From the human T2T-CHM13v2.0 reference genome, Homo sapiens, in assembly GCF_009914755.1 (NCBI RefSeq), contig NC_060936.1: a DNA stretch of 64,000 bases; one strand, 5' to 3'. The notes under the pieces were generated by a model that saw only the letters and a program-made list of their open reading frames with translations, ran no database searches and was not told the origin of the DNA. Shown piece by piece: positions 12,246 to 28,152 of this stretch (position 1 is the first letter of the stretch; every line of letters begins with the position of its first letter). The position numbers were made by a program, and so were the translations under genes.

Positions 12246-15200
12246 AGCTAGACAAGATCAGACTCGCGTGGCAGAGCAGATCAGTGTTACTGACAGACCA
12301 AACCCAAGGTCGGGAACAAAAGAGGCTGTTCCCTGGCCAACCTGACCTTTTCTGCTCTGAACAGAATAATCAAGGATAGACTCTCTCCTCCTCATTCCCT
12401 GACACCCCCATAAAAATTCAGCCATTCTAATTTTATCCTCACATTTGCCTTCCCCCCTCACCAAATCCTGCACAGTTCCAAAACACTTGGCTTCTCTCTC
12501 CCTCTGTCCCAATTGTTCCTCTTTCTATAGCATCGGAATCTCATTGTCCTCCCTGCCCTATTCCCTCCTGACCTCTCAACTGCCCATTGTAAGATGTCAG
12601 GAGGACCCGGGTGACAGCTGGGCCCCAGCAGGGCAGGCCTGGCATCCCCAGGGCATCCCTGGCAGGTGCTGGAATACTCAACAGCCGGGCTTGTTATCAC
12701 CACCCCCCTCTCTCTTTCCATAGGTTTCCTGTCCCCTCCCTCAAGCTCCAACTCCCCTTCTCAGGGGTTGTTAGGGACTGTATGAGCAGCATGGCTGGGT
12801 GCAAGTATAACCAGAGGAAACAGTCTGATCTTTTCTCTGGACTATTTGCACTCCTATGCATATCTCTTCTCAGATGGACGTCTTGTATGCTATTAGCCTG
12901 TGTCCCCGAGAGCAACTCGGAAGCGCTGCTGTTACCTCCCTCTGCAAAACTCTCACTACCACAGCATTTGAGTCCTTCAAATGTTGATCAAATCATTCAG
13001 ATCTCTACTCCACAAGAGAGCCTTTTTCAATTCCAGCATCTCCACCTTCTATGACCCTTTCTGGACCCTGAGTATGCCTCTGCTAGGGCATGAATCCCAC
13101 TGTTACCTCATTACAGTTGGTGTGTGGGATAGTGACCAACAAACCTAGTTCACTGCTTGACACATAAGAACTAAATACTAATATTAAATACTATGTACAG
13201 TATTTATCAGGAAGTTTACCCTTCCTTATAATTTCATTTAGTTTGATTCTTATAATAATCCATTGCAGGGATCTTATTCCCATTTTACAGATTAGGAAAC
13301 TGGGATGCTGTGTTTATATTATGCCCAGAGTCACACAGCCAAAAGGTGGCAGAATCAAGACTTGATTTTTAAGGTTTTACATCACCTGATCTCTACTAAA
13401 GTTTACCAAACATTTAATTAAATTTTATTAATAGAATTGCTAAGTTTAAAGATAACACAGATATCAGGGACACAGACAGAATGGGAGAATACAGTTTAGA
13501 TATTAAGAAGGACTTCCTAATTGTAAGAGGGAAAACTGTTTATCTCCTTACGGAATTCTGAGAAAAGAATAGGAAATTCCTAATTTTATGGGGATGGATT
13601 AAGTAGTGATTTAAGATAGAGGGATGGATAAAATGATTTTTAAAAAATTCTTTCACTTCTCATTTGAACTCTTCACAACCGTGCTTTCTCCTCGCTTCCA
13701 ATGAATTAACAGCAATATCAAGTAATTAGTGATCCTCATACTTAGGGAAGTAACTTCTCCATGAAATGGGAAGTTTATGCACTTCCTTTTTTTCCACCTT
13801 TATCCAACCCTTTACATCCAGACACTGAAGTCCATGAGCCTTCTTATTTGGCAAAATGATACTTGCTAAAACACATTTAATCCCTGAAAGAGGTCTGGTT
13901 TATTTATAAGCTATTTACTCCAAGCCTCCTCAAGGCACTAATGTGTCTGAATGAAATCACCAGTCAGAATTCAACTCTAGACTTCACATCTGGAGACTTA
14001 GTCATCATCCTCCCTGCTCCTTATTGGATACTGCTAGGTTCGGGACCCTTGATTGGGGTGTGAAGGCTGTGGGAAAATCAAGTGCAGTGAACGCTTTACT
14101 CTCTTCTACTGGAAATGAAGAAGACAGAAATTTGATGATGTTGATTTTTTTCCAAGGCCCAGCAGAGAGGATTGTGGGGTCTTAGTCCCTCCTGCATATT
14201 CATGTTGGCTTAGGGAGGCAGCCAAGCAACTAATTGGGTAACTCCTCGATAATTTGTCCTCTGAGGAAGGCTGCTGACTCACTTGGGGCTCACAGAATCA
14301 AATGTTCAGCTTCCAGTCTTTGATTTGAATTGTACCCAGAGGTGAGAAATAGACAACTTGTTGATTCCCTGGGGCAAGAGAATAGATTTTTTTGTAAAGA
14401 TGTATAATAGCTGGAAACTCAAGGTTCTGGGCAGGAGGAAACATATTTCTATTCCCAGCTAAGGGCTGCTTCTGCTGCCTTTGCCTCATTGCTACCCTCA
14501 GACCCTCCTCCCAGATACTTCCCATTTCTACACCAGTGTAGCGCAGATAAATGTGGTTTTGTAAACCAAGTTATATCTTAATGAGTAACATTTGAATGAC
14601 TTCTGTGTTGGAAAATTTTAACTGCCACCTTTCCAAAGCAAATTCTCCTTATTTTCTCTCTCTGTCTTTTAAAAGAATGATTATAATTTTCTTTTACAAA
14701 GAATGATTCTTTACTTTTAAAGAATTATCGAACCTTTCTTAAAATGGGTCAGACCCGTATATCTATGATTTCCCTGATATAGCTTTCCCGTTTTTTGATT
14801 CCATTAACAACAATTAATGACATTGGTTGTATACACATCATTTTCCCATGCCTCAATTAGCATATCTGGAAAAGAAGAGGGAAGAAATGAATCTCTGTTT
14901 TTCTATCCCTAAGAAAACCAATCCAATAATAATTGTGCATGTTTCTAGAGAAATGCAAGGTGGCATTAAAAGTAATTTGGAGCACAAGTCTGTAAGAGTC
15001 CATCAATGTGATATAGATTAAATTTTATCTTTTTAACCTCTTTTCCTGAAGCAAAAATCCCACTGGCATCCTCTTGCCATGAGGATTAGACTGCACACCA
15101 CCAGGCTCCAGCTCTACTGCTTCAATAGCCTTAAGCAAGTCACCTTCTGCTCAGCTCTCCTCTAGAAAATCACTGCATTGACTTGAATGGCATCCACTGA

Positions 15201-15499
15201 GATAGAGTCTAATTAGTGATATTTAAACTTGTGCTATACAATTTTTTGTTAAAAGAAAGTTTAGGAGAAAGAAAAATGGATATATTCTTGACGAATAGCA
15301 TAAACACAAGCAGATTTAGCTAGTTTGTCATCCCTTCCATCAGCCTGTACTTTCTCCCATTCATCTCCCCAACTTTTCCAGAAGCAGACCTGCAGAGCAG
15401 TTTGAAAATCACTGTTGTGGACTCTAAAGGACTCAGATCTGTGCTCCTCATCTTAAGAAAGCAGATAAAAATAGGGAATAGTGCATAGTGTAAAATAAA

Positions 15500-16760
15500 A
15501 ATCTACAAGTCTGTACCGATGTAAATAAATAAATGAATAAATAAATAGACAGATGGGGGCAAATAGACCAATATATTGTGCAGAATAATTTTAAATAAGT
15601 TATGTAGATGCTCTGTCCTCAAGGAGGTAGAGCATAACTTTCTACTCTTCAATGTAAGCTGTGCATAGTGACTTCCTTTGAAAGAGTACATGATGAAAGG
15701 GGGTAAAGCATGACTTTACAGTAAGGAAATCTGACAAACACTACCTCAGCCAGGTGATCAAGGTTAATATTTGTAGTGATAGTCATGATAAGTCATCATG
15801 TCAACATTTCCTTGATGTAATGAAAATGACACTTTGCCTCTGCAATCTTCCTACAAAAAAATAAAACTCCAATCTAATAATGAGATAACTATCAGACAGA
15901 TTGCTATTGAGGGATATCCTACAAAATACGTAACCATCACTCTGCAACACTGTCAAGGTCATCAAAAACAAGGAAAGTCTGAGAAGTCATTATAGCCAAG
16001 GAGCTTAAGGAGACATGATGACTAAACATAAAGTGGTATCCTTTTTTTATACTTAAAAAAAAGAACTGAAAACAGATATTCAAACAAAAACATATATGTT
16101 TATAGCAGCGCTATTCATAATAACAACAAAAAAAGGAAACAACCCAAATGTCCATCAAGAGATGAATCGACAAACAAAATATGGTATATCTATACAATGG
16201 AATAATATTCAGTCATAAAAGGGATTGAGGTGCGACACTTGCTACAACCTGGAAGAAGCTGAACACAAAGGGTCACATACTGTATGACTCTGCTCATATG
16301 AAATATCCAGAATAGGTAAATCCATAGAGAAAGCAGGTTAGTGGTTACCAGGGGTCAGAGGGAGGGCAGATGAGGTCACAGCTGCTTAATAGCTAGGGTA
16401 CTTCCTTTTGGGATGATGAAAATGTTTTGAAACTAAGAGCTGATGGTTGCACAATATTGCGCGTGCACTAAATGTCACTGAATTGTACATATGAAAAGTT
16501 AATTTTTTTAAAAAAGTGGCTTCCTGGATAGGATCCTGAAATAGAAAAAGGAAAATAGGTTAAAAAGAAGGAAATCAGTGTAGACTTTAGCTAATAATAA
16601 TGTATTAATATCGGTTCATTATTTATAACAAATAAACCATACTAATGTAAGATGTTAATAAAAGGGGAAACTTAGTGAAGGGGATACAGGAAATATCTAT
16701 ACCATTTTCACATATTTTTCTGCAGATCTAAAGCTGTTGTAAAATTCAAAGCACTTTAAA
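15500..16760 (+). mobile_element. Old L1MC/L1MD-type 3' UTR fragment, split by a nested L1MB-type 3' end (~16043-16512)
   Basis: 'cactacctcagccaggtgatcaaggttaa' and 'gtcaaggtcatcaaaaacaaggaaagtctgag' are L1MC/MD-like. The insert carries 'ggaaacaacccaaatgtccatc' and is flanked by a degraded 13-bp TSD (aaagtggtatcct 16030-16042 / aaagtggcttcct 16513-16525). Confidence 0.7.
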
Positions 16761-17742
16761 AAAATTTAAAAGCAGGGTGGGGAATTAAGTTTATACGAAT
16801 ACAGAGAATTGTCTGCTGAGGAGACAACTGGAGTGGGCATCACATTTCCGAGGTTATTGGAGGAGAGTGACCTGCTGTGCTGTATCTCCATGGGGGATGA
16901 TGCAAGAAAAGATGACCTTCAATTATACGAGAAGGATTGAAGTCAGGGGCGAGAACTCACTTTCCCGCTTCAGATACCTTGACTTTAAGACCTCTCTCCA
17001 GGGGAGGGATTGCTATCTACATATGGATGGGATCAAGGGGAAGGATGTGCTCACAGCTGCTCAGGGCAGGCAAGGTTGATCCTTATTTTGGGGATGGACA
17101 GCTAGGTAGATCAGGAAAAATGTGTGAGGTTCAAAGAAAAAATTGCGGTACTGTTCCCAGCTGCCCCTCTGCTTCCATACAGCCTAGTGACTTATATCAA
17201 TCATATTGACCTCTAGCAAGAGACAACATCTAACTATCCATGTTACTTAGTATGTAGTAACTAAAAGCATTCCCAGTCATCTTCATGGTGTCTGGCATCT
17301 ACTAGGTGTTCAATTAATATCTGTTGAATGACTAAATCTATTATAAGGTTAATTTTTATTTCCACTTACTTAAATAAATTTCCCATTGATGCAATACTTT
17401 CTCTCTTTCTACTTATTTTAGCTTCATAACAACTCTGAAAGATAGGCTGTGGGTATAAACAGTGAGACCTCAAACCATCAGCCCTGAGCACTGCCTGGTG
17501 CACATCCAGCTCCTTTCTTCCTGAGGTGACAGAGTTTGGTGTGTGAACCGATCAAACCAATATGCATTGCACCACTAAAGTGTCCGCATATTTTTGACCC
17601 TTGCAAAGGCTTCCTTTTTCTAGGACATATGGGAAATGAGGGTAGAGGGGATTACCTCATAACCCTCTATAATCATCCTCCTGGCAATTTTTCCTCAGGA
17701 TTATGTGCTCATCCAAGCTCACCCCAGTTTGCAGTCGAACAT

Positions 17743-18107
17743 TGTCTTTAGTCCATTCAGGCTCCTGTGACAAGATGCCTTAGACTGCATAATTTCTAAA
17801 ATGCAGAAACTTATTGATCACTGTTCTGGAGTCTGGGAAGTTTAAGATGAAGGTGCCAGTAGATTCAGTGTCTGGTGAGGATTCCCTCTCTGCTTCAAAT
17901 TTGGGCCTTCTAGCTGTGTCCTCACATGTTGGGAAGAGCAAAAAGGCTTCCTCAAGTCTCTTTTATGAGGGCACTAATCCCATTCATGGGTGCAGAGCCC
18001 TCATGACCTAATTACCTCCTACAGGCCCTATGTCTTAATACTATTGCTCTGAGAATTAAGTTACAACATAAGAATTTTGGGGAGACACGAGCATTTAGGC
18101 CGTGGCA
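17743..18107 (-). mobile_element. MLT1A-type MaLR solo LTR
   Basis: 'tgtctttagtccattcaggct...gttctggagtctgggaagtttaagatgaaggtgccag...cactaatcccattcatg...gccctcatgacctaat'. Confidence 0.8.
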
Positions 18108-18445
18108 GGAACATCTCTCATTTCATAGCTCATTGCTTAGGTCTCATGGACACTACTAGATGCTGCTCCTGTGGGTCGACATTGGAGAGGCCACAAAGAG
18201 ACGCAGAACACACCTTCCTCTACTCTTGCATACCTTCCTCCTAAGTTCTCCTCCTAAAGAATTAAGATACATTAAGATAAATATAACATTAAAGGAAGAA
18301 AGATTAAAATTGTCCCCTAAAAATGAGTGCTCTCATAGGCCACATGAAAAGTATTCCAAAGTACTTACTTCACCAAAGGCCCCCTTCTCAGTGTTCCTAG
18401 TTTCTAAACTTGTTTCCTGTTCTGCTTGTGTCTATGAGGTGAATT

Positions 18446-18674
18446 TTCTTTTTTCATAGTTTTAAAAATGTTTTTAAAATTTTTATTTCCATGGGTTTTG
18501 GGGAGAACAGGTGGTATTTGGTTACATGAGTAAGTTCTTTAGTGATGATTTGTGAGATTTTGGTGTACCCATCACCTGAGCAGTATACACTGAACCCAAT
18601 TCATAGCCTTTTATCCCTTGCCCTCTTCGTATCCTTTCCCCTGGAGTCCCCAAAGTCCACTGTGTCATTCTTAT
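18446..18674 (-). mobile_element. 5'-truncated L1PB-type 3' end
   Basis: 'ggtggtatttggttacatgagtaagttctttagtg' is an L1PB 3'UTR motif; 13-bp TSD tatgaggtgaatt at 18433-18445 and 18675-18687. Confidence 0.85.
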
Positions 18675-19727
18675 TATGAGGTGAATTATTTTCTTACTGC
18701 AGCTTTATGCATGTGATCTTCCTACCAATATGGGCTGGTCTCAATCTAGGATCCATCTTCTTCCCTGAGAACGTACCTTTCCAGCTCTTATTTTATCAAA
18801 TCTAGAATAATACCCTAAGGTCTCCAGTAAGTGAATTCCTGGAGGTTTTTTATAGTATTCAGGGTGGACACAAGCACTCCAAAGCAAGAATCCTTAAAAA
18901 TCTTTCTAGGAGCCTGTGTTATGATACACATTTTAATTATTCCAATTGTCAGCAATTAACTGTTAGGTAAGTACTATACCAAATAAGTAACATATGTGTA
19001 CTCACATATCACACTCACACGTAAAATTCATAAGACAAATGAGAATTCTCAAAAAGAATAGAGGCCAATATCATAAGAAGGATGATACATATATTTTCTG
19101 TTTCGAACTACACGTTCCTCTCTCTTCACACAGAAACAGGCCCAATTCTGTACCTTTTGCCTACTGATGGTTGCTACTTTAGCATCAGGAAAAATAATAC
19201 AGCTTGTAATTGTTCCATTAAGTACTTAGACATGAGCCACCCTCCTTCCACTTGGAGAGCTAGGGGTTGGTGGAATGAGGAGTAGGGTCAGTGGTGTCAT
19301 TCTTCCTCTTAGGCGTGATTGGTGAAAAGAATATTGCTGTGTGCCTTTGGATTTTCCTTCCTTTTGCTCTGTGTGATCTTGGGAAAATTCACTCAATATA
19401 TCTAGGTTTTAGTTTCTTATTTGTAAAATAATGATAACAATAAACTTTCCTACAGATTACTTAAAAATCAGAATTAAAAGGGGTTACATGTAACAGGTAA
19501 CATGGACACAGTGAGTGTTCCCCCTTCTCACCCTCTTGCTTCTCCCTCCTTTCTCTTCCACTGGTTAAGATCTTGTGAGAAAGAAGGATGAGTTAGATTA
19601 GGTAGAGCATTGTGGACAACTGGGACATGCATATCCTGCTAGAGTTTTTTAAATTCCCTGTTAGTTCTGAAGAATTTCAATAATCTTTCAGAATTAGGAT
19701 TAGCTCAAGAACTCTCATTTTTTTTTA

Positions 19728-20140
<413 letters not shown>

Positions 20141-20191
20141 CTAGAAGCTATTCTGTTACCAGTTAACTGTATCATCTCATGATGGTTTTCA

Positions 20192-20815
<624 letters not shown>

Positions 20816-22372
20816 CTAATATAAATGACTTCCAGATTTTACACTAATGAGTCTAGTCCTCAAAAGTTTATACATAATAAGTTGTGTTTAAATTCAGCCG
20901 ATTGGTCTCTGACTCCTAGATCCTGAATTGAATCACTATAGGTGATTCTGGGATGGCACTGGGAGAGGAGAGAGGTGACTGCTTTCCCTGACCTGGGCAA
21001 ATGGAGAGAGAATGGTAATCCTCACTTAATATCATGCCTTGATGCACTGCTCACTGGAAAATTTGCCACTGAGTCACTTTGAGGAACTTTCATAGAGTTT
21101 ATTAGACACAACACAAATTACTCCTTATCCACGTTTGCCAGGGGGAAAAATACCCCAGAAACTTATGGGAATGAATTTTGCTAAGAAGGAGAAAAACAAG
21201 TTTCTTATGAAAGGCCTGCAGGATCCATTCCCCCCGTCAAAGCTGACATAAATCCTTTTCTCCCCCCTCACTGCTTTAACAAGAATGGACCTCGGCCTTC
21301 AGATAGATCCCAAAACTCTTGATTCAATAGGTGTGTGTGCATATGAGAATGGCTTTGTGTCTGCATGTATGTGTGTGTTTATTCTTTCAGCATATGCCAA
21401 AGCTTACTCTTTGTTTATATGTTTAGCCATGCCATTGACTGAATCTCATAGATTTTAGACACACAAAAATAATTACCAGTTTCCTGAAGCTAATGAACCA
21501 TAATCCCCTCCCTGACCTAATTCTTTGTCTCTAATCCCCAATAATCAAAGTGCTTGATACATGCTAAGTCTTCATCAAATCTTTGTTGCTAGGATGATCA
21601 AAAAGATAGCTGACCTAGGTCTAAACACCATGTCCTCCACAATTCTACACAATATCAGGAAGGAAAGTGGGTGTAGGTGGTGAACCTGCTTTTCTTGGTG
21701 GTGTCATTCTTCCTCTTTATTTCTCTCTTTTAATTAGTTAAAAAAATCAGTGTGGGATTGACTGGAATTTGTGCATCCGCAGATGAAAGCAAGACTAGCA
21801 ACATGAATACTTTGTATTTTTCACTCCGTATCACCTGAGGCAGCCTCCAGTGATTGAGAATAAGGGAAATGGGAATGACAACCGGGTAGGCAACCAATAA
21901 TGCCTGCCAGAGTAACGTTTAATCAAAGCTTGCAATGACCTCAAAGTTTACAAGGTATTGTAAATTATTCATTTTTTTCTAGAGAATATTTTTTCTTACT
22001 TGGGAGTTGTCCTACACACAAATTTTAATGAACTGTGTTAATCTGATCCATCATTGTTTAAATTATTTAGACCTGTTATGAAAATAAAAAATCCTCAAAC
22101 TTGTAGCTGTGTTTATTTTCTATGAAGTCTGGGCAAATAAAATAAAAAGTGGCTGTTGTGGACTTAAATCCCAATACATCTGAATTTGCAATAGCTGCAC
22201 TGAGAAACACACTGAATAAGATAGAAAACAGGAACCGTTAGCTGCGTCATCCATTTTTCAACATTGTTACAGAATAAAGTCAAGCTCATTATGTACAGAT
22301 TGCAGAATTTTTCTTCTACTGAAAAGCATGGTAACATTTTCTTATCTCAAAAGTTTCCTAAATATTATAAAG

Positions 22373-22699
22373 CAGCGATTCCCAACCTTTTTGGCACCAG
22401 GGACCAGTTTCGTGGAAGGTGAAAGACAATTTTTCCATGCGGGGTGGAGAGTGGGGGGTGAAGGTACTGGGGAAAGGCATTAGCTCCTCGTAGGGAGCGT
22501 GCAATCTAGATCCCTCGCATGCGCAGTTCACGATAGGGTTCGTGGTACTATGAGAAGCTAATGCGGCTGCTGATCTGACGGGTGGTGGAGCTGAGGCCAT
22601 AAAGCTCAAGCGTCCACAGCTCACCTCCTGTTGCGCGGCCCAGTTCCTAACAGGCCAAGGATGGGGACTGGCCCACGGCCCAGGGGTTAGGGACCCATG
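22373..22699. mobile_element. MER1B (hAT-Charlie) non-autonomous DNA transposon
   Basis: 'cccaacctttttggcaccagggaccagtttcgtggaag...ctagatccctcgcatgcgcagttcac'; degenerate terminal inverted repeats; 8-bp TSD ttataaag/ttatgaag. Confidence 0.88.
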
Positions 22700-23436
22700 T
22701 TATGAAGAGCAAGCACATCGCCAATCAGATTTTCATCTTTATTTGGCACTACTGTTTCGAGAGGCTTAAGTTTACTTAACCCAACTCAGTGCTCTCTGAT
22801 AATCTTTTCTCCTTATGAGCTTCGAAGTTCACCTTCAAAATATTTATTTTCCTGTATTTTCCAGACTGCTTTCTGTACTGGGTCAGTCAGAAGTGGAATT
22901 CTGCCTTCTCTCTGCTACTTGTTAGAATAACTACATCTTCACCAAACAGCACCTAACTCTTCCTTTTTTATCTTCTTTCATAAACCTTGGCTTATAATCA
23001 GCCCCCTTTTTACTGGGCAATATTTATGGCCATAGTATTATTTTGTGTACAAGTTTGAATATAGGATCTTTATTCCGAACATCATATATGTCTTTTTAAC
23101 TTGAGATTTTTTTAAAGGATCTTTATTGTCATATTGGTTCTTTGTAAACCTGGAGAAGTGGAATTGGATTTGTACCCTTATAGTGAAACCCTGGTTCTGA
23201 TACACGATAGGTTTATAATCCTTATCGAATCATTAATCTTATTTGACTATCAGTCCAGGTTTATTATTTGCTTTTTCATTGGCACTATAATGATTTCAAG
23301 TTTTAAAGTTTTCTGTATAACTGTGTGGCCATCTGAGGACTAGAATATAATGTTATTTTAAATAATTCAAAAGAGAAATGTGTAATATAAAAAAGTTCTT
23401 TATAACCCATGCCCACTGCAGATAACTAGTATGTAG

Positions 23437-23438
<2 letters not shown>

Positions 23439-23468
<30 letters not shown>
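23439..23468. repeat. (GT)15 microsatellite
   Basis: Seen directly. Confidence 0.95.
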
Positions 23469-23470
<2 letters not shown>

Positions 23471-24519
23471 ACGCTTAACTGAAAGGGAGGTAGACTATAT
23501 ATGATGGTCTGATATTTAATGGCACTTCGAATTTCTTCTCTGTTTGTAGTGATGGTTTCAATGTTCCTTTTTTTGAGGGAGGATGGATCATTTTGTCCTA
23601 TGTGTACAAGTAGCCAATTTCTTCTCTTCCTCACTGTCAGAAATTATTTTTCCTTAACGTTTACTAGTTTACCTAGTTTAGGATTGCTGACTCAATCCTG
23701 GTTAGAGTATCTGGGCACTCTGACTCCATGGTCAGCTTGACTTGGTCTCTAGCATCCTTGGCCATGCCTACGGTTTCCATTCTGCATTTCTGTCCTTCTG
23801 TGGACAAGCCACTGCCTCATAGTTTTGGTATGATGATATCCTTAAAGAAATCATACTCTATTTCCCAACCCTAACTGGAATTTTCCCATGAGGGAACATA
23901 CGTAATATCTTCTTAAGTTGTTTAGGATCAGGGAACACTTTAGGGGTGAAGAAACAGCAAGTTTAGGTAATCCATTAAAGGTCATAGATCCTGTGAGCAG
24001 GAGAGCTGGGTCTACACTGAATGTTCTAGGACTCTTCTGTGGATGGCGCTGCTGAGCTTGCATACTTGTGGGCAGCAGGGTGAAAAGGCAGAGGTAGCAG
24101 GGGATGCACCACAGTTACTGATGGGAGCCTATACGCCAGACATCCTCTCCCACATTTGCCTTTGTCTCTTTTGTTCTTATACTTTGACCAGGATATTTAA
24201 CTCAGTAATCTCAATATGGGCTTGGGTAAAGAAAACAAAAAAAAAAAACAAAAAAACAAAAGTGGGTAAGCTAAGTCCTCTGACAAGTAGCAAGTACTAC
24301 ATAAAATAGAAAAGTGACTGGACATAAGAGGAGGTGTCAGGTGTGACTGCTGTTGTTGTGAAGCCGTGACTCACTCTGTGCTGCATATGTCAAAGTAGGC
24401 AGTCCCAGACTCGTTTGTGTGAATGTTTTCTGCTAATTAACTGCATTCAGGCAGACGACCTAGTAACATCAGCAAACTGGGGCGGGGAGGTGGTGCACAG
24501 AGGGTGGTCATTTCTATGA

Positions 24520-24710
24520 GATCAACTTTGGAGCAGTGCCATGGGATCTCAGGCCTGAGAACTCCTGGGTTTGAATCCCAACCCTTTACTGGTTGTATGA
24601 CCTTCAGCAACATATTTAACATTTCGGGCACTCATTTTCTCATTTATAAAAATGGCATAATAATAGTACCTTCCTCAAAAGCTGCTATGATGATTGAGTA
24701 AACTAATGTG
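24520..24710 (+). mobile_element. MIR SINE
   Basis: 'cctgggtttgaatccca...ttactggttgtatgacctt...ttctcatttataaaaatggcataataatagtacc'. Confidence 0.75.
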
Positions 24711-25051
24711 TAACAGATAGTTGGCTACATCATTCCTGTGACTTACAGTGATGGTGAGCAAGTTAAAGGAGAACTTCTCCTGATTCTGTGGGAGTGTTAG
24801 AAACGAATTATAATCACCTTTATTTTACATGTGGTGGAGCTAAGGCCCAGAAAGAGAATGTAATTATTCCAAGTTTATTCTGATAATTAATAATGACATT
24901 AGCTCAAAGCATTTTTGTTTCTTAGCTCCTTCTTTTATGTAAATTACAATCAGTCTACTCTGATTCTCTGGGGAGTATCTTCATTACTTTCCAAAGAAGG
25001 CCGGTCAATCCTTTGAAGTGGGACCTATAAAATCGGGGACTTCTGTTCTAG

Positions 25052-25515
<464 letters not shown>

Positions 25516-26904
25516 TCATCTTTTCTTGAGTTTAGAAAAAATATTACTTATTTTTTCATAAAGCTGTTTGTTCAAGGATAAGAGAGATTTGAACAAGACC
25601 AGGAGAATCATCTCAGTCCTAGGCCATTTGTTGATAACAGCCCTACAAACTTTTGATGCAATCCTATATCAGAGCTGGAAGGGGACTTATCCAGCTTAGA
25701 GACACAATGAAAGGGGTAACCATCACACAGTCAGAGTCAGGGCTGAGTTTAGAACCAAATTACCTGACTTCTAATTCCTGTGAAGGTCTCTGAGACTCTG
25801 TACCTCTCTACCCTGAGCATCTTTGCCTATGTAATGCCCAGGTACAGGCTCACCACTCCTTAGTCTCTGGGATCAGGTTTGGTACATAGACTCCACATGT
25901 GTTTTCCATAGAGACCATCTAGTTGCTCAACTTTTTTTTCTTTGTGTAGTCTGATTTAATACTTATAACTGAATTATCTCTTGTCTTCAGTTTTCAAATA
26001 CCTCTGCTTTTCACCTACTTTCCTGGTAATATAGATTTTCTGCTCTGTTCCTCAATAATTAAGTCCTTATCTGGGACTTCATTTATTGGATATTTTCTGT
26101 TATTATTGCCAGATTCTTCCTAGGATGTTCATCAGTACTGTGGAGCCACTTGGATACCAGTTAATTGTGTATCCGTTGATTATCTGCCTACTCCTCCTGT
26201 CCCCTGTGCATACTCTGCTTGGACTCAGTTGTGTGTGCATATGTATACATTTTGTTTCTTCCCTCTATTGTAAAATGAATGATCATTTGAAGTGTACCCT
26301 ATGTTTGTATTCATCTTCCTATTTACATGTCACTAAATTATCAGTCTTATATGCCTTTCATGCTCTCTTTACCCTTCACCTGACCCTACAGTTCCTTCTA
26401 GATTCTTAGTCATTTTTCCACTAGTCTGATATTTCTGGGTTTTTGATGTCATGTTCTAAAATCTCATGTTGTTCTATCCCTTAAATGTAGGAGGCAGAAA
26501 CCGAGGATATCCATGTAAATTTTGGAGATAATTTGGGGGAACTTTGTGGTCTAGATTTTCTTTTTTTCACTGTAGATTATACAGTGGTACTTCTTTCAGA
26601 CTCTCCTGATCCCAGGTTTATTTCTGTGTTTTATTTCATTTTGTTTTCTTTTTCTATTCTTATAATATTTAGTAATCCAAAACATTTGTATTTATAAATA
26701 TTTGTTCTCCTTTTCTGTTCACTTGAAGTAAGTTTAATAGATGCACAGAATTTTTGCACACACAGAAATCAAATGAAGCTTTAAAGTACTCCTCCCACAG
26801 TCTCCTAAAATTAAATTCCTATTAGTCACCTGGAAACCTAATAGGGGAGGGAAGTTGCATCTTCCAAAGAAACTGGATTAGGGAAATGAGAACAGAAGAA
26901 TGCA

Positions 26905-27204
26905 GGCCAGGCGCAGTGGCTCACGCCTGTAATCCCAGCACTTTGGGAGGCTGAGGCAGGCAGATCACGAGGTCAGGAGATCCAGACCATCCTGGCTAAC
27001 ACGGTGAAACCTCGTCTCTACTAAAAAATACAAAAACTTAGCCGGGCGTGGTGGCAGGTGCCTATAGTCCCAGCTACTCAGGAGGCTGAGGCAGGAGAGT
27101 GGCGTGAACCTGGGAGGCAGAGCTTGCAGTGAGCCGAGATAGGAGGACTGCACTCCAGCCTGGGCAACAGAGCTAGACTCCGTCTCAAAAAAAAAAAAAA
27201 AAAA
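26905..27204 (+). mobile_element. AluY
   Basis: 'accatcctggctaacacggtgaaa'; A-tail; 17-bp TSD gagaacagaagaat(g/t)ca at 26888-26904 and 27209-27225. Confidence 0.95.
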
Positions 27205-28152
27205 GGGAGAGAACAGAAGAATTCATCCTTATAATGCTCTCAGGCTCTGCAACTCAAACATCATGACTACAGCCTCAACTAGCAGGTAGCAGAGTAGATG
27301 TCAGCATTGTGCTTCCTAGGGACTCCAGCTTCCACAGGTTCTGTAGAAGAGTCATATTTACAAACTCATTCATAAAGGTGGGCAACCTCCCCCTACCCCG
27401 CCAAATCCTTGCCTATTTTCTACACAGGACTCTTTCAGCTCATCTTCAGATTTTAGTCTGGTCCCCGAATTCTCTGTGAAGCAAACAACTCGATGTCTCT
27501 CTATCCAAGACTGAGTTCAGTGTTTTTATTTTCTTGTGTATACACTCTTTACTCACCTACTCGTTAGTGAGCAGCTCAGAGTTTGGAACAGTTCTTTGTG
27601 TACACAGAACCCTCTACACTTTGAGTGACGTTAATTTTGCCAGATATCAATGAAGAGGTTGTCGTAACCCATTTAGCATTTAATGTCCCTCTTTGAGTTA
27701 AAGTGATCTGTGCCTATATTTGTTTCCTCTCCTGCATTGTGAGTACTTGGAAGGCAGGGATATGCTTTACTTATCATTATTTTTTCATATCTCTGCATCC
27801 CTCTGCATCTAACACAGAGGCTGGTGCAAAGAAGTAATTTATAATTTCTAAATTCAGTAGATGGTTGGTTAGGTGGGCTTTTAGGCATTGCCCATGTAGA
27901 CTATGGGGAGAAAATTTTGGCTTAACTTTTGAAGAATCTGTCATAAATGATACCCACTATAACTTTAAGCATACTATATTTTAATGAAAAATAACCAAGC
28001 CAGGACTTAGCTCAATATCTAATGTATAGTAGTTGCTTAATAAATATTTGTCAAATAAATGAAAAGCTTCTGTCATAAATTGATTTGCATGACAAATTAT
28101 AAACTCAAAGTAAGAGAAATGAAGTGAGCTGTAGCAAATGTACTGAGGAAGT

